From the IMG/VR virus record IMGVR_UViG_3300034411_000408, positions 1 through 36,884 of that record: DNA of 36,884 nt. The stretch is one strand, 5' to 3'. The notes beneath the pieces are model-generated. The model was not told the DNA's origin, searched no databases, and saw only the letters and a program-made list of their open reading frames with translations. The translations under genes and the position numbers were made by a program. Source of the DNA: a virus. Taxonomy: Duplodnaviria > Caudoviricetes. Below are positions 36,037 through 36,884 of the stretch, in pieces (within the stretch, counting starts at the first letter, position 1; each line of letters starts with the position of its first letter).

Positions 36037-36884
36037 TTGTTAAGCGCTTTCGCACCGATCCCGTCGCTTTTGTTGAGCAAGTGCTCAAACAAACGCCCGA
36101 CGCCTGGCAAGTTGAATTCTTGACCGCCATAGCCTCTGGCGAGCGGAAAATCAGCGTGCGCTCTGGCCACGGCACCGGCAAATCGACGGCGAGCTCGTGG
36201 GCGATGCTTTGGTATTTGCTGACGCGCTATCCGGTCAAAATCGTCGTGACAGCGCCGACTAGCGCGCAGCTGTTCGACGCGCTGTTTGCGGAGCTCAAGC
36301 GCTGGATCAACGAGTGCCCTGTGGCGATCAAAGAGCTTTTGGAAGTGAAGAGCGACCGCGTCAGCCTAAAGGCCGCGCCCAGCGAAGCGTTTATTTCATG
36401 CCGGACATCGAGAGCAGAAACGCCAGAAGCGCTGCAGGGCGTTCACTCCGACAACGTGATGTTGGTGTGCGACGAGGCGTCCGGTATCCCCGAGGCGGTA
36501 TTTGAGGCGGCAGCTGGCTCGATGTCTGGCGAGCACGCAACGACCATTTTGCTCGGCAACCCAACCAGGAGCTCTGGCTTCTTCTTCGACACCCACCACC
36601 GCATGGCGGGCGATTGGTGGACGCGCAAGGTCAGCTGCATCGACTCGCCCAGGGTGAGTGAAGATTATGTGAGCGAGATGGCTGCGCGTTTTGGCGAAGA
36701 GAGCAACGCCTTTCGCGTGCGAGTCCTAGGGGAATTTCCCCAACGCGATGATGATACGGCTATACCTCTCGAATTAGTGGAGAGTGCCCAGCGGCGCGAG
36801 GTTGTCATCACTGAAGACGAGCCGATCGTGTGGGGCTTGGACGTCAGCCGATTTGGCTCCGACCGCAGCGCGTTGTGTAAGCGC
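36012..36884 (+). CDS. terL: Terminase large subunit, N-terminal ATPase part (continues across the circular junction into 106-633; ~466 aa total)
   Basis: Not in the ORF track (no stop in window). ATG at 36012 reads MPENPYVAFVKRFRTDPVAFVEQVL...ISVRSGHGTGKST (Walker A)...VMLVCDEASG (Walker B)...LLGNPT; codon 36780 corresponds to codon 1 of the window. Confidence 0.95.
   Translation, partial: MPENPYVAFVKRFRTDPVAFVEQVLKQTPDAWQVEFLTAIASGERKISVRSGHGTGKSTASSWAMLWYLLTRYPVKIVVTAPTSAQLFDALFAELKRWINECPVAIKELLEVKSDRVSLKAAPSEAFISCRTSRAETPEALQGVHSDNVMLVCDEASGIPEAVFEAAAGSMSGEHATTILLGNPTRSSGFFFDTHHRMAGDWWTRKVSCIDSPRVSEDYVSEMAARFGEESNAFRVRVLGEFPQRDDDTAIPLELVESAQRREVVITEDEPIVWGLDVSRFGSDRSALCKR
36780..36884. 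repeat. Terminal direct repeat, second copy
   Basis: Matches 1-105 except for 7 synonymous substitutions. Confidence 0.95.

Overview
The window is an essentially complete, circularly permuted ~36.8-kb genome of a temperate, short-tailed (podovirus-type) dsDNA phage. IHF sites and a tRNA-His attP point to a proteobacterial host, and the gene content resembles marine phages (inference). Positions 1-105 repeat 36780-36884 inside the terminase large subunit gene, with 7 synonymous differences. The + strand carries terL C-terminus, a polyvalent ART-like protein, portal, scaffold, major capsid, adaptor, fibres, lysis genes, tail nozzle and ejection proteins. Next come an intact attP and a - strand block (integrase, excisionase, DUF3310, Cas4-like nuclease, SSB, Sak4-like ATPase, two paralogous 156-aa unknowns, cI-like repressor). 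The + strand then resumes with cro, primase-helicase, an iteron-like region, an endonuclease, an NrdR-type zinc-ribbon protein and terS. A pac-like region, a divergent operon of small basic proteins, a C5-methyltransferase-led operon and the terL N-terminus close the circle. The most notable signal is four putative late promoters sharing an extended -10-like element followed 16-17 bp later by the palindrome CCA(T/C)AT(A/G)TGG. This closely resembles the NrdR box, in a phage that encodes an NrdR zinc ribbon without an ATP-cone. All family assignments are by eye from motifs; no searches were run.
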